From: Candidatus Saccharimonadota bacterium
GTDB taxonomy: Bacteria > Patescibacteriota > Saccharimonadia > Saccharimonadales > AWTP1-31
Direction of reading: 5' to 3'
NCBI GenBank assembly: GCA_003962975.1
Contig: RXKC01000009.1
Location: 75,578-125,526 of the forward strand
Length of the DNA: 49,949 nucleotides
The notes under the pieces: generated by a model
Databases searched by the model: none
What the model saw: only the letters and a program-made list of their open reading frames with translations
What the model was told of the DNA's origin: nothing
Program-made: the position numbers and the translations under genes
Shown here: positions 1 through 9,236 of the stretch, piece by piece
How positions within the stretch are numbered: position 1 is the first letter of the stretch
How the letters are laid out: each line of letters begins with the position of its first letter

Positions 1-21
1 CATCAAGAAGGAAGTAGTGAA

Positions 22-279
22 ATGAAGCAAAAAGACATAGCCATGTTCATAGTCATCGGTGTGATAAGTGCCATTGTTTCGGTGGTTGCTTCAAATTTTT
101 TCTTTACTCCTGACAGTGTAAAACAACAGGAAGCAGAGAAAGTCGATGCTATATCAGCTCAGTTTGATGTTCCTCCAACTGACAGCAAATATTTCAACAA
201 AGACTCAATCAACCCAACGAAACTCATTCAGATTGGTGAAGATCCCAACGCGTCGCCATTTAATGGTATATCCCAATAG
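22..279 (+). CDS. small single-pass membrane protein, unknown function (directly upstream of pilB)
   Basis: 85-aa ORF with an N-terminal hydrophobic helix (FIVIGVISAIVSVVASNFFF) and a purine-rich GAAGGAAG stretch upstream of the ATG. No recognisable catalytic motif. Confidence 0.4.
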   Translation: MKQKDIAMFIVIGVISAIVSVVASNFFFTPDSVKQQEAEKVDAISAQFDVPPTDSKYFNKDSINPTKLIQIGEDPNASPFNGISQ

Positions 280-300
280 GGGCCCCAGGTAGACTGCGCT

Positions 301-2097
301 ATGAGCGTACTATCAGCAACAACACAGAAGCAAGTCGAGGAAGACCTTATTGAGCAAGGTCTCCTAACTGATGATCAATTAGATGAATTGCACGAAAAGT
401 CCGAAAAAGAAGGTACTCCAATTTTGGGTATGCTCGTTAGCGATGGTCTTATCACTGACGAAGATCTAACGCGTACTACTGCAAAAGTTGCTAAGGTACC
501 GTATGTAAATCTTAGCGATGCGCGTATTGATTCAGATGTGCTTGCTCTATTACCTCAGGAAATTGCAGAACGGTATATGGCTGTGCCACTTGGTGAAATG
601 CAGCATCGGCTGGTGGTGGCTATGCTCGATGCCGACAACGTGCAGGCTGCCGACTTCTTGGCAAATAAAATCGGGCGTCCCTTAAAGGTTTACGCGGCAA
701 GTGAAGCAGGTATAAAGCGTGTTCTCAAGCAATACGGCGAACGTTTAGACACCCGGATGGTAGGCGACCTCAAGGCAACTGCAGATGCTGTTGCCGGGCA
801 AGAAGAAGCTGATAAAAAGACGAATGCTGCCCAAGCAAATGTCCAAAGCATTGTGCAAGATTCACCGATCAGTAAAGCCCTCTCAACTATCATGGAATAT
901 GCGGCCAAGAATAGGGCTAGCGATATTCATATTGAACCACTCGAAAAATCTCTGCGCATTCGGGCCCGAATCGACGGTGTCCTACGTGAAATCATGAAGT
1001 TACCAAAGAGTACTGAGGCACCACTGGTTTCTCGTATAAAGATCTTATCTAATCTTAAGATCGATGAACACCGTATCCCGCAAGACGGTGGTTTTGCCAT
1101 TATGGTTGATAACCATGCTATTGACCTTCGTATTGCAATCAGTCCGGTTGTCTGGGGTGAACAAGTCGTAATTCGTTTGCTCGATAAGAGCGGTACCAGC
1201 CTTAATTTAGCTGATATGGGCTACCACGGGCGAGCGCTACGCACCATCAAAGAAGCCCTCAAACAACCTAACGGTATGATCCTGACTAGTGGACCAACGG
1301 GTTCCGGTAAGTCAACTTCGCTATATGCCTTGTTGAACGAGATTAAAAGCGACAGCATTAACATCGTTACTCTGGAAGATCCTGTTGAATACAAAATGCA
1401 GGGTATTAACCAGATTCAGGTTAATGCAGAGGTGGGTCTAACCTTCGCAAACGGTTTACGCTCTATACTGCGTCAGGACCCTAATGTAGTAATGGTGGGA
1501 GAAATCCGCGACAAAGAAACTGCTCAATTGGCCGTGCAGGCGGCCCTTACTGGGCACTTAGTCTTTAGTACGCTTCACACTAATTCGGCTGCTGGTATTT
1601 TGCCACGTTTGCTCGACATGGGTATCGAGCCATTCCTCATTGCTAGTACGGTGCACACTGTTATTGGTCAGCGCTTGGTTCGTCGTACTAGCGAGCAAAA
1701 AGAGCAATATCAGTCCGACAAGGCAGAAGCGGCCGCGGTTCAAGCCACTCTAGGTAATTTGTTGGCAAAATCAGACGCAGACCGCATCAAAGTAGACCAA
1801 GACTTAGGCTACAACAACTTGCCTCTGGGTGGTCAAAACGCTTATACTTTATTCAAGGGCATAGACACGCCAGAAACGCCCGGTGGGTATAAGGGGCGAA
1901 TGGGCTTATACGAGGTATTCGAGATAAGCGAATCCATTCAGGATCTTATCCTCAAACGTTCTACGAGTGCCGAGATTCAAAAACAGGCGCGCGCAGAGGG
2001 AATGGTAACCATGCGTGAAGACGGTTACCTCAAGGCTCTCACAGGGCAGACAACGCTTAAAGAAGTTAACCGTGTTGCTGCTGGAGACACAGCGTAA
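301..2097 (+). CDS. pilB: type IV pilus assembly ATPase PilB (GspE family)
   Basis: 598 aa. Walker A GPTGSGKST, Walker B/Asp box VVMVGEIRD, His box TGHLVFSTLHTN, and a long N-terminal GspE-N-like region. Confidence 0.95.
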   Translation: MSVLSATTQKQVEEDLIEQGLLTDDQLDELHEKSEKEGTPILGMLVSDGLITDEDLTRTTAKVAKVPYVNLSDARIDSDVLALLPQEIAERYMAVPLGEMQHRLVVAMLDADNVQAADFLANKIGRPLKVYAASEAGIKRVLKQYGERLDTRMVGDLKATADAVAGQEEADKKTNAAQANVQSIVQDSPISKALSTIMEYAAKNRASDIHIEPLEKSLRIRARIDGVLREIMKLPKSTEAPLVSRIKILSNLKIDEHRIPQDGGFAIMVDNHAIDLRIAISPVVWGEQVVIRLLDKSGTSLNLADMGYHGRALRTIKEALKQPNGMILTSGPTGSGKSTSLYALLNEIKSDSINIVTLEDPVEYKMQGINQIQVNAEVGLTFANGLRSILRQDPNVVMVGEIRDKETAQLAVQAALTGHLVFSTLHTNSAAGILPRLLDMGIEPFLIASTVHTVIGQRLVRRTSEQKEQYQSDKAEAAAVQATLGNLLAKSDADRIKVDQDLGYNNLPLGGQNAYTLFKGIDTPETPGGYKGRMGLYEVFEISESIQDLILKRSTSAEIQKQARAEGMVTMREDGYLKALTGQTTLKEVNRVAAGDTA

Positions 2098-2121
2098 GAC
2101 AAGTAAAAGGGTAGGGAATAC

Positions 2122-3183
2122 ATGCAACCACGAATCGAAATACTGCTCGAAGAAGTCATCAAAAAGAAGGCTTCTGACCTTCACTTGCAAGTTAGTTTGC
2201 CCCCTATGTTGCGTGTCGACGGTGCATTAGTACCAGTAAATGGCACCGAACCTTTAACGGAAGAAAGTGTAGAGGCACTAGTATTTGCCATCCTCGACGA
2301 AGACCAGAAACAGATTCTCCTTAAAGATAAGGAATTTGACTTTAGCTTCGCCTTTGGTGATCTTGGTCGCTTCCGTGTTAACGCTTTCCACGAGCGCGGT
2401 AACCTAGCTGCAGCCCTTCGTCTTATCCCCAACGAAATTCTTAGTATTGAACAACTGGGTTTGCCGCCAATTGTGAATAAGTTTGCCGACTATCCACGCG
2501 GACTTGTCCTAGTGACAGGGCCAACAGGTTCCGGTAAGTCAACCTCGCTTGCAGCCCTCGTGAGCAAGATTAATCACGAACGCGCTACCCACATTGTTAC
2601 TATCGAAGACCCAATTGAGTTTACTCACAAGTCAATAAAATCAGTAGTGGTGCAGCGTGAAGTCCACTACGACACCTATTCATTCTCTGCCGCGCTGCGC
2701 TCTAGCTTGCGTCAAGACCCAGACGTGGTGCTTATTGGTGAGATGCGTGACCTCGAGACGATTAGCTCGGCAATTACCATTGCTGAAACGGGACACTTGG
2801 TTTTTGCAACTCTGCACACCAACTCCGCCGCGCAATCTATCGACCGCATGATCGACGTATTCCCGCCACACCAACAGCCACAAATTCGTTCGCAGCTGGC
2901 AAACATTCTCATGGCGATTTGTTCACAGCGACTTATTCCATCCATTGGAGGTGGTCGCGTTGCTGCAGCTGAAATTTTGGTTGCCACCCCAGCTGTTCGT
3001 AACATTATCCGTGAGGGCAAGAGTCACCAGCTCGAAGCTGTCATCCAGACTGGTGCTGAATTTGGGATGCAGTCCATGGACAAGACATTGGTGAGCCTTA
3101 TCCACAACGGCACAATTACCTACGACGAAGCACGTAACTACGCTGTGGATATTGATGAACTAGACAGGTTAATGAGAAGCTAA
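2122..3183 (+). CDS. pilT: type IV pilus retraction ATPase PilT
   Basis: 353 aa. GPTGSGKST, VLIGEMRD, TGHLVFATLHTN, and the PilT-type signature PAVRNIIREGK. Confidence 0.95.
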   Translation: MQPRIEILLEEVIKKKASDLHLQVSLPPMLRVDGALVPVNGTEPLTEESVEALVFAILDEDQKQILLKDKEFDFSFAFGDLGRFRVNAFHERGNLAAALRLIPNEILSIEQLGLPPIVNKFADYPRGLVLVTGPTGSGKSTSLAALVSKINHERATHIVTIEDPIEFTHKSIKSVVVQREVHYDTYSFSAALRSSLRQDPDVVLIGEMRDLETISSAITIAETGHLVFATLHTNSAAQSIDRMIDVFPPHQQPQIRSQLANILMAICSQRLIPSIGGGRVAAAEILVATPAVRNIIREGKSHQLEAVIQTGAEFGMQSMDKTLVSLIHNGTITYDEARNYAVDIDELDRLMRS

Positions 3184-3193
3184 CGAATACGAT

Positions 3194-4411
3194 ATGCAGA
3201 CATTCGAATATACGGCCCGCAATGGCGCAACTGGAGAAAAGATAAAATCTGAGGTTTCAGCAGAAAATGAACAAGCTGCTGCAAAGCTTATTCGAGATCA
3301 AGGACTTTCTCCGTTAAGTATAACGACGCAGAATCTAGATGCTGTAGGAATAAGGAAGCTTACAAGCCGTATTAAGACGAGCGATAAAGTACTCTTTTCT
3401 CGACAACTTTCAACATTGATCAACGCCGGTCTTCCGCTGGTACAAAGTCTTCGCAGTGTCGCTAGCCAAACAGAAAATAAAGTCCTAAAAAATATTGTGG
3501 GTCGAGTCATCACGGACGTAGAAGGTGGCTCAGCATTATCTGTTGCTCTTGGCCGGCATCCGAACGCATTCAACAAAGTTTTTATCAGTATGGTCGCTGC
3601 CGGTGAAGCATCAGGAACTCTCGACAAGGCTCTTGAGCGACTCGCGAATCAGCAAGAAAAAGATGCCGAAATTATCAGTAAGGTTCGTGGTGCCATGATC
3701 TACCCGGCAGTTGTTATGGCGGTTATGGGTGCTGTAGTGGGCTTTATGATTATTAAAGTGTTACCACAGGTTGAAATCCTATATAACGATTTACCTGGGG
3801 CAGAACTCCCGCTAATTACTAAACTCTTACTTGGACTCTCACATTTGGCTACAAAGTATTGGTGGGTGCTGGTAACAGCTACGCTTTTCTTTGGCGTATT
3901 TTTAGGCCGCTGGGGCAAGACTCCCGGTGGTCGTGAAGTAATGGACAAGGTAAAAATGCGTGCATGGCCTGTCGGAGAGTTATTTATGAAGCTTTACATG
4001 GCTCGTTTTGCTCGAACTGGTGGAACGCTTGTTAGTAGTGGTGTGCCATTGCTGCAGATGCTGCAGATCACTGGTGAAGCTATCGGTAACGTTCATGTTC
4101 AGAAATCGCTAGCAAGAGCAGCAGAAAAGGTAAAAGGGGGCAAGGCGTTATCTGATTCGCTTGAAGGTGATCCTAATTTCTTGCCACTTGTTCCAAACAT
4201 GTTACGAATTGGTGAGCAATCTGGTGCTATTGAAGCAATGCTTCAAAAGATTGCCGATTACTATGAAAAAGAAGTTGATACTCAAATACGTAATATTTCA
4301 GGGATTATTGAACCAGTTTTGATGGTGCTATTGGGTGTGTTTGCGTTCATCATTGTGGCTGCTGTTCTGTTGCCGATTTACGGCTTGGCTGGGCAAAACT
4401 TCACGAACTAA
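3194..4411 (+). CDS. pilC: type IV pilus platform protein PilC (GspF family)
   Basis: 405-aa polytopic membrane protein with a duplicated GspF-like architecture. It starts 11 nt after pilT. Confidence 0.9.
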   Translation: MQTFEYTARNGATGEKIKSEVSAENEQAAAKLIRDQGLSPLSITTQNLDAVGIRKLTSRIKTSDKVLFSRQLSTLINAGLPLVQSLRSVASQTENKVLKNIVGRVITDVEGGSALSVALGRHPNAFNKVFISMVAAGEASGTLDKALERLANQQEKDAEIISKVRGAMIYPAVVMAVMGAVVGFMIIKVLPQVEILYNDLPGAELPLITKLLLGLSHLATKYWWVLVTATLFFGVFLGRWGKTPGGREVMDKVKMRAWPVGELFMKLYMARFARTGGTLVSSGVPLLQMLQITGEAIGNVHVQKSLARAAEKVKGGKALSDSLEGDPNFLPLVPNMLRIGEQSGAIEAMLQKIADYYEKEVDTQIRNISGIIEPVLMVLLGVFAFIIVAAVLLPIYGLAGQNFTN

Positions 4412-4491
4412 AGTACTTGCTTTTTAAGCATAAGCGTCTTATATTGAGATCATCATATAAATGTAACAATAAATGTAGGGGGCATACATAC

Positions 4492-5007
4492 ATGCTACGG
4501 AATCTAAAAAAACGATCAGAAGGCTTCACGATCATTGAAGTTCTTATCGTGCTAGCTATCGCTGGTTTAATTTTGCTTATTGTCTTCTTGGCCGTACCTG
4601 CGCTGCAGCGTAATAGCCGAAACAGTGGTCGTAAAAGTGATGTATCGCGGATTGGTGGAGCGGTCATTGAGTTCATGAACAACAACAACGGTGAAAAACC
4701 ACAATCCACGGACCTTCCAGCAATAAAAAATGCCATCGGAAGTCTTGGCCAATACGACTCAGCCAGCGCTACGGCAATAACGCTCGAGCAGTTTTCCGCC
4801 TCATTAGCTGATTACACTCCTAACAAAGATACCGTAAGAATCGTTGTTGGCGCGAAATGCCGAACAGGAACTACAGCACAGCAAGGTAACACCCCGGCAT
4901 CATCAAACATTGGTAAAGTTGAAGCTGCTGGATCACGACAAGTTGCACTTCAGTGGGCAAGCGAGGGCGGCAGTAACTCTCTATCTCGAAGCTGTACAGA
5001 ATTCTAA
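4492..5007 (+). CDS. type IV (major) pilin with class III signal peptide
   Basis: Internal ATG at 4492 preceded by TAGGGGG. Leader MLRNLKKRSEG then FTIIEVLIVLAIAGLILLIVF (Glu at +5) and two C-terminal Cys (AKC...RSC). The 25 upstream codons of tracked ORF 4417 are judged non-coding. Confidence 0.85.
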   Translation: MLRNLKKRSEGFTIIEVLIVLAIAGLILLIVFLAVPALQRNSRNSGRKSDVSRIGGAVIEFMNNNNGEKPQSTDLPAIKNAIGSLGQYDSASATAITLEQFSASLADYTPNKDTVRIVVGAKCRTGTTAQQGNTPASSNIGKVEAAGSRQVALQWASEGGSNSLSRSCTEF

Positions 5008-5026
5008 ATAGAATTTCACAGGAATT

Positions 5027-5056
5027 AACAGGCTCATCGGTGAGCCTGTTTTCTTT
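5027..5056 (+). terminator. intrinsic terminator after the pilin gene
   Basis: Perfect 9-bp stem acaggctca/tgagcctgt with loop tcgg, followed by ttttcttt. Confidence 0.7.
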
Positions 5057-5072
5057 ATGGTAAGATGTTCAA

Positions 5073-5897
5073 GTGATTCTTCTTATCCTTATACTACTTG
5101 GTGTTTGTTTTGGTAGTTTTATCAACGCTCTAGTGTGGCGTATGCACAAGCAGCAAGGATTACGTACACAGAAACAGCGGGCAGAATACTCTATAGCTCA
5201 TGGGAGATCTATGTGTCCTCATTGTAGGCATGTTCTTGCTCCACAGGATCTAGTACCCATTGTGAGTTGGGTACTGCTAAGGGGGAGGTGTCGTTACTGT
5301 AGAAAATCGATACCAGACACGCCATTGCCGGAACTTTTATTACCTATACTTTTTGTAGTATCACTGTGGGTACTCTGGCCAAGTATCGGTGATACGGAGA
5401 ATATCCTCAAGTTCTGTTTCTGGCTGACATACCTTGTTTTATTCGTCGCTCTAGGATTGTACGATTTTCGTTGGCAACTATTACCTAATCGTCTGGTGGC
5501 GGTGTTGGGTGGCCTTATCGGCCTGCAGTTGCTTACTCAAGCTATATTCTTCGGGTTGTCTCTAAACGAGCTTGTGATGCATATCCTTGCTGCTGCTACT
5601 GGTGGCGGCATATTCTGGCTACTTTTCCAGCTATCAGATGGGAAATGGATTGGGGGTGGGGATGTAAAGCTAGGGTTTGCCCTGGGTGCAATACTAGGAA
5701 CTCCAATACTTGCGTTATTGTATATCTTTATTGCTTCCTGTCTTGGTGTAGTGGCTGCACTTCCTGGATTATTAACTCGCCGTACTGCAATAGCAGCAAA
5801 GCTTCCGTTTGGACCATTCCTACTGTCAGGTGCATTCATTACCTACTTATTTGGCAGTGATTTAGTCGGTTGGTATCTGGGGTTAGTCGGGTTGTAA
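5073..5897 (+). CDS. pilD: prepilin peptidase (A24 family) PilD
   Basis: GTG start. Cys pairs CPHC...CRYC, Asp-containing motifs LYDFRWQLLPN and GGGDVKLG, and multiple TM helices. Confidence 0.9.
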   Translation: MILLILILLGVCFGSFINALVWRMHKQQGLRTQKQRAEYSIAHGRSMCPHCRHVLAPQDLVPIVSWVLLRGRCRYCRKSIPDTPLPELLLPILFVVSLWVLWPSIGDTENILKFCFWLTYLVLFVALGLYDFRWQLLPNRLVAVLGGLIGLQLLTQAIFFGLSLNELVMHILAAATGGGIFWLLFQLSDGKWIGGGDVKLGFALGAILGTPILALLYIFIASCLGVVAALPGLLTRRTAIAAKLPFGPFLLSGAFITYLFGSDLVGWYLGLVGL

Positions 5898-5938
5898 GAA
5901 ACACCTTCAATAACCATAAGCATGGTATACTTGAGCGT

Positions 5939-6832
5939 ATGAGGAGTGGGCTTCCATATAGAGCTCGTGTCCGTCAGCAGCGTAAAAATAATGCTGATGG
6001 TTTTACGATCACTGAATCACTTATTTTTCTGGCGGTTTCGGCTGCTATATTGATGAGTGCCTTATCTCTTTTTAGTGGTTCGCAAAATAAGACGCAGTTT
6101 TCGCAGGCAATGGATGATATTAATCAGCGTATTACAACTGTTATTAATAACGTCGCAAACGGTTACTACCCAAGGACTAGTCAAGTTACAGATTGCAATG
6201 TGACCGGTGACCCAGTACTGCCTATTGAGACAGCAGGTGCTAATGCGGAAGAGGGCCGCGGAACTGTGGGTAAGTGCATATTCATTGGGCGCATTATTCA
6301 ATTCATGGAAAAAGAAGAAGTCTTCCGTATTTATAATGTTGTTGGAGCACGTCAGAAGTCAACTGCTGCCGGACCAAGAGAGGTAGAGAGCTTGGTTGAG
6401 GCGAAGCCAAACATTTTGTCTGACTTCGAACAGTTACCATTAAAGAATGGTATAGCTGTAAAGAAGCTACGCAGGCCTGCCACAGGAGATACTGGTGGTG
6501 CGGTAGCCTTCTTCACAAGCTTTGGTCAGTACGAAACTGTCGGTTCAGAAGAACAACTAGTATCAGGTTCTCTAGTTGCTGACTTTGCCTTAATCGGTGT
6601 ACCACTTGATCCTGGTCCTCTAAGTGGGGTAGCAGCTTCAACGGCAACTCAATTAACTTCGCAGCGCAGTGCTTACGATGTTGCTACGAGCCCATATGTC
6701 AGGAACCCTAAAGGTGGTATTGAACTTTGTTTTTATAGTGGTACCACAGACCAGCATGGCATACTTCTTATCGGTGGAGAGGGTTCTGGTAGCAGTACAA
6801 CAGTAACAATTAAAAGTGGGGCATGCCCATGA
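5939..6832 (+). CDS. prepilin-type minor pilin (298 aa)
   Basis: Internal ATG at 5939. Basic leader ...QRKNNADG then FTITESLIFLAVSAAILMSAL (N-methylation motif with Glu+5). The upstream part of tracked ORF 5870 overlaps the pilD end. Confidence 0.7.
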   Translation: MRSGLPYRARVRQQRKNNADGFTITESLIFLAVSAAILMSALSLFSGSQNKTQFSQAMDDINQRITTVINNVANGYYPRTSQVTDCNVTGDPVLPIETAGANAEEGRGTVGKCIFIGRIIQFMEKEEVFRIYNVVGARQKSTAAGPREVESLVEAKPNILSDFEQLPLKNGIAVKKLRRPATGDTGGAVAFFTSFGQYETVGSEEQLVSGSLVADFALIGVPLDPGPLSGVAASTATQLTSQRSAYDVATSPYVRNPKGGIELCFYSGTTDQHGILLIGGEGSGSSTTVTIKSGACP

Positions 6833-7305
6833 TGATACGTAGTAATCAAAATGGAGATACGATTGTTGAGGTTCTCATAGCTTTAGTGATTATCGGCTCT
6901 GTACTGACGGGCGCCTTTTCAATAAGCAACCTAAGTCTCAGACAGATTCGAATGTCTCAGGAGCGAACAGAAGGACAGAAAGTTGCTCAAAGTGTCGTAG
7001 AGTCACTAAACGCAATGTATGAGTCAAAGCCGGGGACGGTCGACAGGGTTGATCCGACTTCGGCCACAGAAGGTTTATTCTGTATTTTGAGTGCCCCTAA
7101 TCAAATAATACCAACAAGTGCGTTTCAACCAACCACAGACCAGCCCAGTACCTGTAGAGCCGGTACCGATAACCGCTATCATATTGCAATTATTTCCCAA
7201 GGTGCAAGCACAAAAATATTTAAAGTTACCGTTTCTTGGCAGGCGGTAAGCGGGCGTGGTGAAAAACTAGAGATTTATTATCGAGTGCGGGAGCCAGAGA
7301 CATGA
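6823..7305 (+). CDS. prepilin-type minor pilin (160 aa)
   Basis: Leader MPMMIRSNQNG then DTIVEVLIALVIIGSVL. Overlaps the upstream gene by 10 nt and the downstream gene by 4 nt. Confidence 0.7.
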   Translation: MPMMIRSNQNGDTIVEVLIALVIIGSVLTGAFSISNLSLRQIRMSQERTEGQKVAQSVVESLNAMYESKPGTVDRVDPTSATEGLFCILSAPNQIIPTSAFQPTTDQPSTCRAGTDNRYHIAIISQGASTKIFKVTVSWQAVSGRGEKLEIYYRVREPET

Positions 7306-8096
7306 GACTAAGCTCGACGAAAATACGCAAGGACGAGAGCGGCTTCACCCTTACTGAACTTATGATTGCCACAACAATATTTTCAACAATATTGTTGCTC
7401 ATAACCCTTGGATTACTCAGTATAGGGAAGAACTATTATAAAGGCAGGAATACAGCTCGTACCCAGGATGTTGCGAGAAGAGTCATTGATGAAATAACGC
7501 AAGCAATCCAATATGGAGAGGGTAGTCCTGGGCCAGAAGAAGAACCCCCTACGTGGGATCCTGCGCTGGGTACACCACCTACGGTGATTCGCAGATACCA
7601 TGTCTCAACTCCGGCACCACCTACGCCACCTACAGTCAATAAAGAGTTTGAAGATACTAACTTTGAAAATGAAACTATCGAAGACTACTTCTGTATTGGG
7701 CCAAAAAGATTCACATTTGGCAATAAACGGGTAAGACCTGTTAATGGTACTGATCCGGCTCAACATGGACTTGTTGTTGATGAGCCAGCGGGTGGTTGTA
7801 ACGCTGGTCTTGCCCCAAACCCTTTGAAGCCCGCATTAGGCGTACCTTTGGTCGGTAGAGAGCTGTTAGCAGAGAATACCCGTCTGACTGAGCTAAAAAT
7901 TATAAAGAGAGGTTCTGGTTATACAATTACCGTACAAATAAGCACGGGCGAGCAAGAGTTTATTATGAATGCTAAACCCGGCACTCCTGGTAATCCGAAT
8001 AATATTCCCTATGGAAGCTGTCGACCTGGAGCTGGACAGCAGTATTGTGCAGTTTCTCGACTAGAGACAACTGTACAACGCAGACGTAATGATTAA
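7302..8096 (+). CDS. prepilin-type minor pilin with proline-rich insert (264 aa)
   Basis: Leader ...RKDESG then FTLTELMIATTIFSTILLLI. Internal Pro-rich segment GSPGPEEEPPTWDPALGTPPTV...TPAPPTPPTV. Confidence 0.75.
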   Translation: MRLSSTKIRKDESGFTLTELMIATTIFSTILLLITLGLLSIGKNYYKGRNTARTQDVARRVIDEITQAIQYGEGSPGPEEEPPTWDPALGTPPTVIRRYHVSTPAPPTPPTVNKEFEDTNFENETIEDYFCIGPKRFTFGNKRVRPVNGTDPAQHGLVVDEPAGGCNAGLAPNPLKPALGVPLVGRELLAENTRLTELKIIKRGSGYTITVQISTGEQEFIMNAKPGTPGNPNNIPYGSCRPGAGQQYCAVSRLETTVQRRRND

Positions 8097-8111
8097 TAAT
8101 AGGCATAAGCA

Positions 8112-9227
8112 ATGATCAAGAGAGAAAACACTTCAATCCGACACAACCAACAGGGGCTGGTGGCTATTGTTGTTACCTTCATTATCATGCTCTTACTGAC
8201 CTTAATCGTCACGGGTTTTGCGCAGCTTGCGCGCCGTGAGCAGCGTGAAGCACTAGACCGACAGCTTGCAACTCAGGCACTTTATGCCGCAGAGGCTGGT
8301 ATAAATGAAGGGCGTAGTATCTTGTATGCCAATCGGGCCAATCCTAGTTTCGAAAAAACAGACTGTAAACCAGATGCTGCAACACCGAATGCCCAGGTGC
8401 TAGATAAAGACACAACCCTCAGAACATTTGAGTTTAGCTGTTTGCTTATCGACAAAACACCACCTGAACTCGTGTTCCAGACAGTTGCGCAGAACAAGTC
8501 CACGGTTACACCAATAGTCCCGGTTTCTACCAGTACTCCTCCATCAATCTTCTCTAAATTGGTAATCGCATGGCAGAATAGCTCTGGTCCTGTAACAATT
8601 GGTTCTAGTACAGACGGATATAACTTCGGTAAATCTGGAAGCACCTGGAATACTGCAACTACTAAGCCGGTTGGTATGCTACGAGTGGAGTTAGTTCCAA
8701 ACTTTGAAAACTCAGGACCACTGACTCTTCAGCAAATACGTGAAGGAACCTTTGTGGTTTACTTGCTACCAAGAGCGACAACGGATTCTGATGTACCTGT
8801 GGAATCGGTTGTATATGAAGGGTATGGTGCCAATCCTCAGGCGCAAGGAAAAGTCGTAAGAGCACGGTGTAATGGAGCCGAGGCCAGAGCATGTCACGCG
8901 GTTATTACCGGTCTTTCCGGAAGCTATTTCCTTAGAGTGAAGGCGTTATACAACGATGCGGATGTTCGTATCTGCCCAGGTGGCACCTTGACCGCACTCT
9001 GTGATCCAAACATAACACTTAGTGGCTCTCAGGCAGAGATCGATTCTACAGGTCGTGCAAATGATGTATTGAAGCGTATTAAGGTTCGAACAAACTTACG
9101 TCCTGACTACGATGGCAGTGTAGAGGTGGGTGAGTATACAGTTGAAAGTTCAGAAAGTCTTTGCAAACTGTATAAGGTTTGGCCAGGTGGCGCAGAAGAT
9201 GATCTTTGTGTCCCACCCGCTCCCTAA
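8112..9227 (+). CDS. PilX-like pilus-associated protein (371 aa)
   Basis: N-terminus NQQGLVAIVVTFIIMLLLTLIVTGFAQLARREQ...ALYAAEAGINEG resembles the PilX N-terminal domain. Last gene of the pilus block. Confidence 0.6.
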   Translation: MIKRENTSIRHNQQGLVAIVVTFIIMLLLTLIVTGFAQLARREQREALDRQLATQALYAAEAGINEGRSILYANRANPSFEKTDCKPDAATPNAQVLDKDTTLRTFEFSCLLIDKTPPELVFQTVAQNKSTVTPIVPVSTSTPPSIFSKLVIAWQNSSGPVTIGSSTDGYNFGKSGSTWNTATTKPVGMLRVELVPNFENSGPLTLQQIREGTFVVYLLPRATTDSDVPVESVVYEGYGANPQAQGKVVRARCNGAEARACHAVITGLSGSYFLRVKALYNDADVRICPGGTLTALCDPNITLSGSQAEIDSTGRANDVLKRIKVRTNLRPDYDGSVEVGEYTVESSESLCKLYKVWPGGAEDDLCVPPAP

Positions 9228-9236
9228 GTAAGACTG

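Noticed and set aside
4417-4491. N-terminal extensions of tracked ORFs (4417 for the pilin; likewise 5870, 10156, 19903, 28917, 43589, 45853, 47195)
   Set aside because: The extensions overlap upstream genes, tRNAs or terminators. Internal starts give canonical N-termini (prepilin leaders, MEQTLIILKPD for Ndk, YifB-like start, SD-proximal ATGs).
690-4752. Short ORFs (60-120 aa) overlapping pilB, pilT, pilC and the pilin gene on the opposite strand or in other frames (e.g. 690..908, 785..997, 1558..1743, 1906..2190, 2181..2432, 2712..3020, 3298..3627, 3700..3948, 4401..4736)
   Set aside because: All lie inside long ORFs with unambiguous ATPase or platform motifs. They have no RBS context and low-complexity or Arg/Ser-rich translations typical of antisense frames.
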